The position numbers were made by a program, and so were the translations under genes. From NCBI GenBank assembly GCA_963667725.2, contig CAXXHO010000005.1, positions 448,001 through 512,000 on the forward strand: a DNA stretch of 64,000 nt, written 5' to 3'. The stretch comes from Treponemataceae bacterium. GTDB lineage: Bacteria; Spirochaetota; Spirochaetia; Treponematales; Rectinemataceae. Position 1 is the stretch's first letter. Each line of letters begins with the position of its first letter. Below the pieces are notes generated by a model. It saw nothing but the letters and a program-made list of their open reading frames with translations, was not told the origin of the DNA and ran no database searches. Below are positions 62,823 to 64,000 of this stretch, one piece after another.

Positions 62823-63111
62823 ATATTTTCTATCCCTGCGCGATTCGTCACTCTAACATTGGCATTAATAGGTTTAGTATGTATCTTTTTGCGCCAGAGG
62901 CGTCAATCTAACATTGGCTTAACCCTTAACGCCTGCTCCTGAGCGAAGCGAAGGATTGGCGTGGTTTTTGCATTGTTGTTCTGCAAAAAACATGACAAAA
63001 GGCGTTATAGGGTTGAAGCATTTGTTAGAAACCTTCCCCTTGTGTCTCTCAAGGTTTTTTATTATTGTCTTCAATAAATCTCTTATTATTTATGTTCTTA
63101 GTTTCTTATCT

Positions 63112-63462
63112 TTATTCAATAATATCTTCTTTATTCTCATATTCAATATAGTCTTCTCTTCTCGGGCTAAAGACTTCTATAGCTACTGAATCTTCAAGTA
63201 TTTCTGCCTTATGTTTAACATTTGATAAAATTGTCCAACTATCACCAGGATGTAATACTTTAGATTTTCCATCTATAAAGAGCCTAATGCTGCCTTTTAC
63301 GAGATATCCAGTTTGTTCATTTATATGCTTATGTTCAGGAAGTGCAGCATCTTTATTAAGTAAGAATTCAACAAGTAATGAATTTTCTCCATAGCTAAGA
63401 GTCTTAATGCTTATACCAGGGATGATTTCTTTGTATCCATTTCTCGATGCAATGCCGAACAT
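63112..63462 (-). CDS. Cupin domain protein; paralog of 42326..42676
   Basis: Near-identical 116 aa protein. Confidence 0.88.
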   Translation of the reverse strand: MFGIASRNGYKEIIPGISIKTLSYGENSLLVEFLLNKDAALPEHKHINEQTGYLVKGSIRLFIDGKSKVLHPGDSWTILSNVKHKAEILEDSVAIEVFSPRREDYIEYENKEDIIE

Positions 63463-63669
63463 ATGCTTTTCTCCATCATGTTGATTAATAATTACTGCAA
63501 TGAAATATAAATATTCTTCCTGCGCGGGAGCGTCTTTCTAACATTGGCTTAACCTTTAAAGCCTGGCCCGAGCGGCGTTGCGTAGCAACGATGCGAGGGA
63601 TTGGCGTGGTTTTTGCGTGATCTTCTCGCAAAAACCATGACAAAAGGCTTTATAAGGTTGAAGCAGTTG

Positions 63670-63966
63670 TTAGGCGAAAGTTTTTTCTCTTTTACCCTTA
63701 TGACTATTTTCTTCAAGTTTCCCTGTTACGTACTTATGTAAAATGCTAGTTACTAATGTCTGATATGGAATTCCTTCTTCTAATGCTCTTGTTTTTAAAG
63801 CTTCCACATCTCTTTTTGATATCCTCACATTTATCCTATAGTCTTTAATTGCAGTTTCTGAGGCCGCAGTAATTAACTTCTTTTTCATCTCTTCAAGGTT
63901 TTCTATACTCTTCCATTCTCCATTCTCTATGGATTCAATGATCTCTTTATCTTCTTTGGTATTCAT
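63670..63966 (-). CDS. Probable antitoxin (CopG/BrnA-like); partner gene truncated by the window edge
   Basis: RINVRIS...ALEEGIPYQTLVTSILHKY; an upstream frame ending KYTKQYKLGGSI-TGA overlaps the ATG. Confidence 0.7.
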   Translation of the reverse strand: MNTKEDKEIIESIENGEWKSIENLEEMKKKLITAASETAIKDYRINVRISKRDVEALKTRALEEGIPYQTLVTSILHKYVTGKLEENSHKGKREKTFA

Positions 63967-64000
63967 ATGCTTCCTCCAAGTTTATACTGCTTTGTATATT

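Larger units (their letters stand above)
1..64000 (-). mobile_element. Integron gene-cassette array (chromosomal/superintegron-like), ~76 cassettes; intI and attI not in window
   Basis: Nearly all credible ORFs are on the minus strand, each followed by a conserved imperfect palindrome RYYYAAC...GTTRRRY. Each cassette's two 7-bp core ends are mutually complementary. Confidence 0.97.

Noticed and set aside
773..63189. Plus-strand ORFs beginning MAWFL/MARIL/MVCAL (e.g. 773, 3463, 4228, 9260, 16814, 29834, 36545, 40561, 50377, 60719, 62956)
   Set aside because: They start at TTG/GTG inside attC repeats and run antisense to real genes, so they are repeat artefacts.
725..63673. CRISPR array interpretation of the regularly recurring repeat
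   Set aside because: Repeats are 95-145 bp with integron R/L boxes, the intervals are 0.16-2.2 kb gene-bearing cassettes, and no cas genes are present.
1..64000. Integrase, attI, tRNA/rRNA genes and a specific host taxon
   Set aside because: No tyrosine recombinase ORF or RNA gene pattern is visible, and the cassette cargo is too mobile to assign taxonomy.

Overview
The whole 64 kb is the interior of a large, AT-rich integron gene-cassette array (superintegron-like) read on the minus strand. I count about 76 complete attC sites plus a partial one at the left edge, mostly ~120 bp with a ~145 bp variant. They bound ~76 cassettes of 0.16-2.2 kb; no integrase or attI is in the window. Cargo: 10 GNATs, 3 NUDIX, methyltransferases, nitroreductases, an AAC(3)-like enzyme, a folD, at least 6 complete type II toxin-antitoxin cassettes with their own promoters, and several candidate anti-phage cassettes (NACHT NTPase, DUF4062, three RxxxxH/HEPN-like, two DUF2971). 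One IS1634-family element splits an attC. Three non-coding patterns are not explained by the standard cassette model. (1) An ORF-less ~228 bp cassette occurs six times and carries a ~114 nt hairpin with inside-out core sites. (2) A fixed-length 55 bp leader module sits between a current and a decayed older cassette boundary in ten unrelated cassettes. (3) A strand-specific C-(G..A)-G mini-hairpin sits just inside the 5' boundary of roughly three quarters of cassettes. Protein family calls are from motif recognition only, not database searches, and the host taxon cannot be established from this window.
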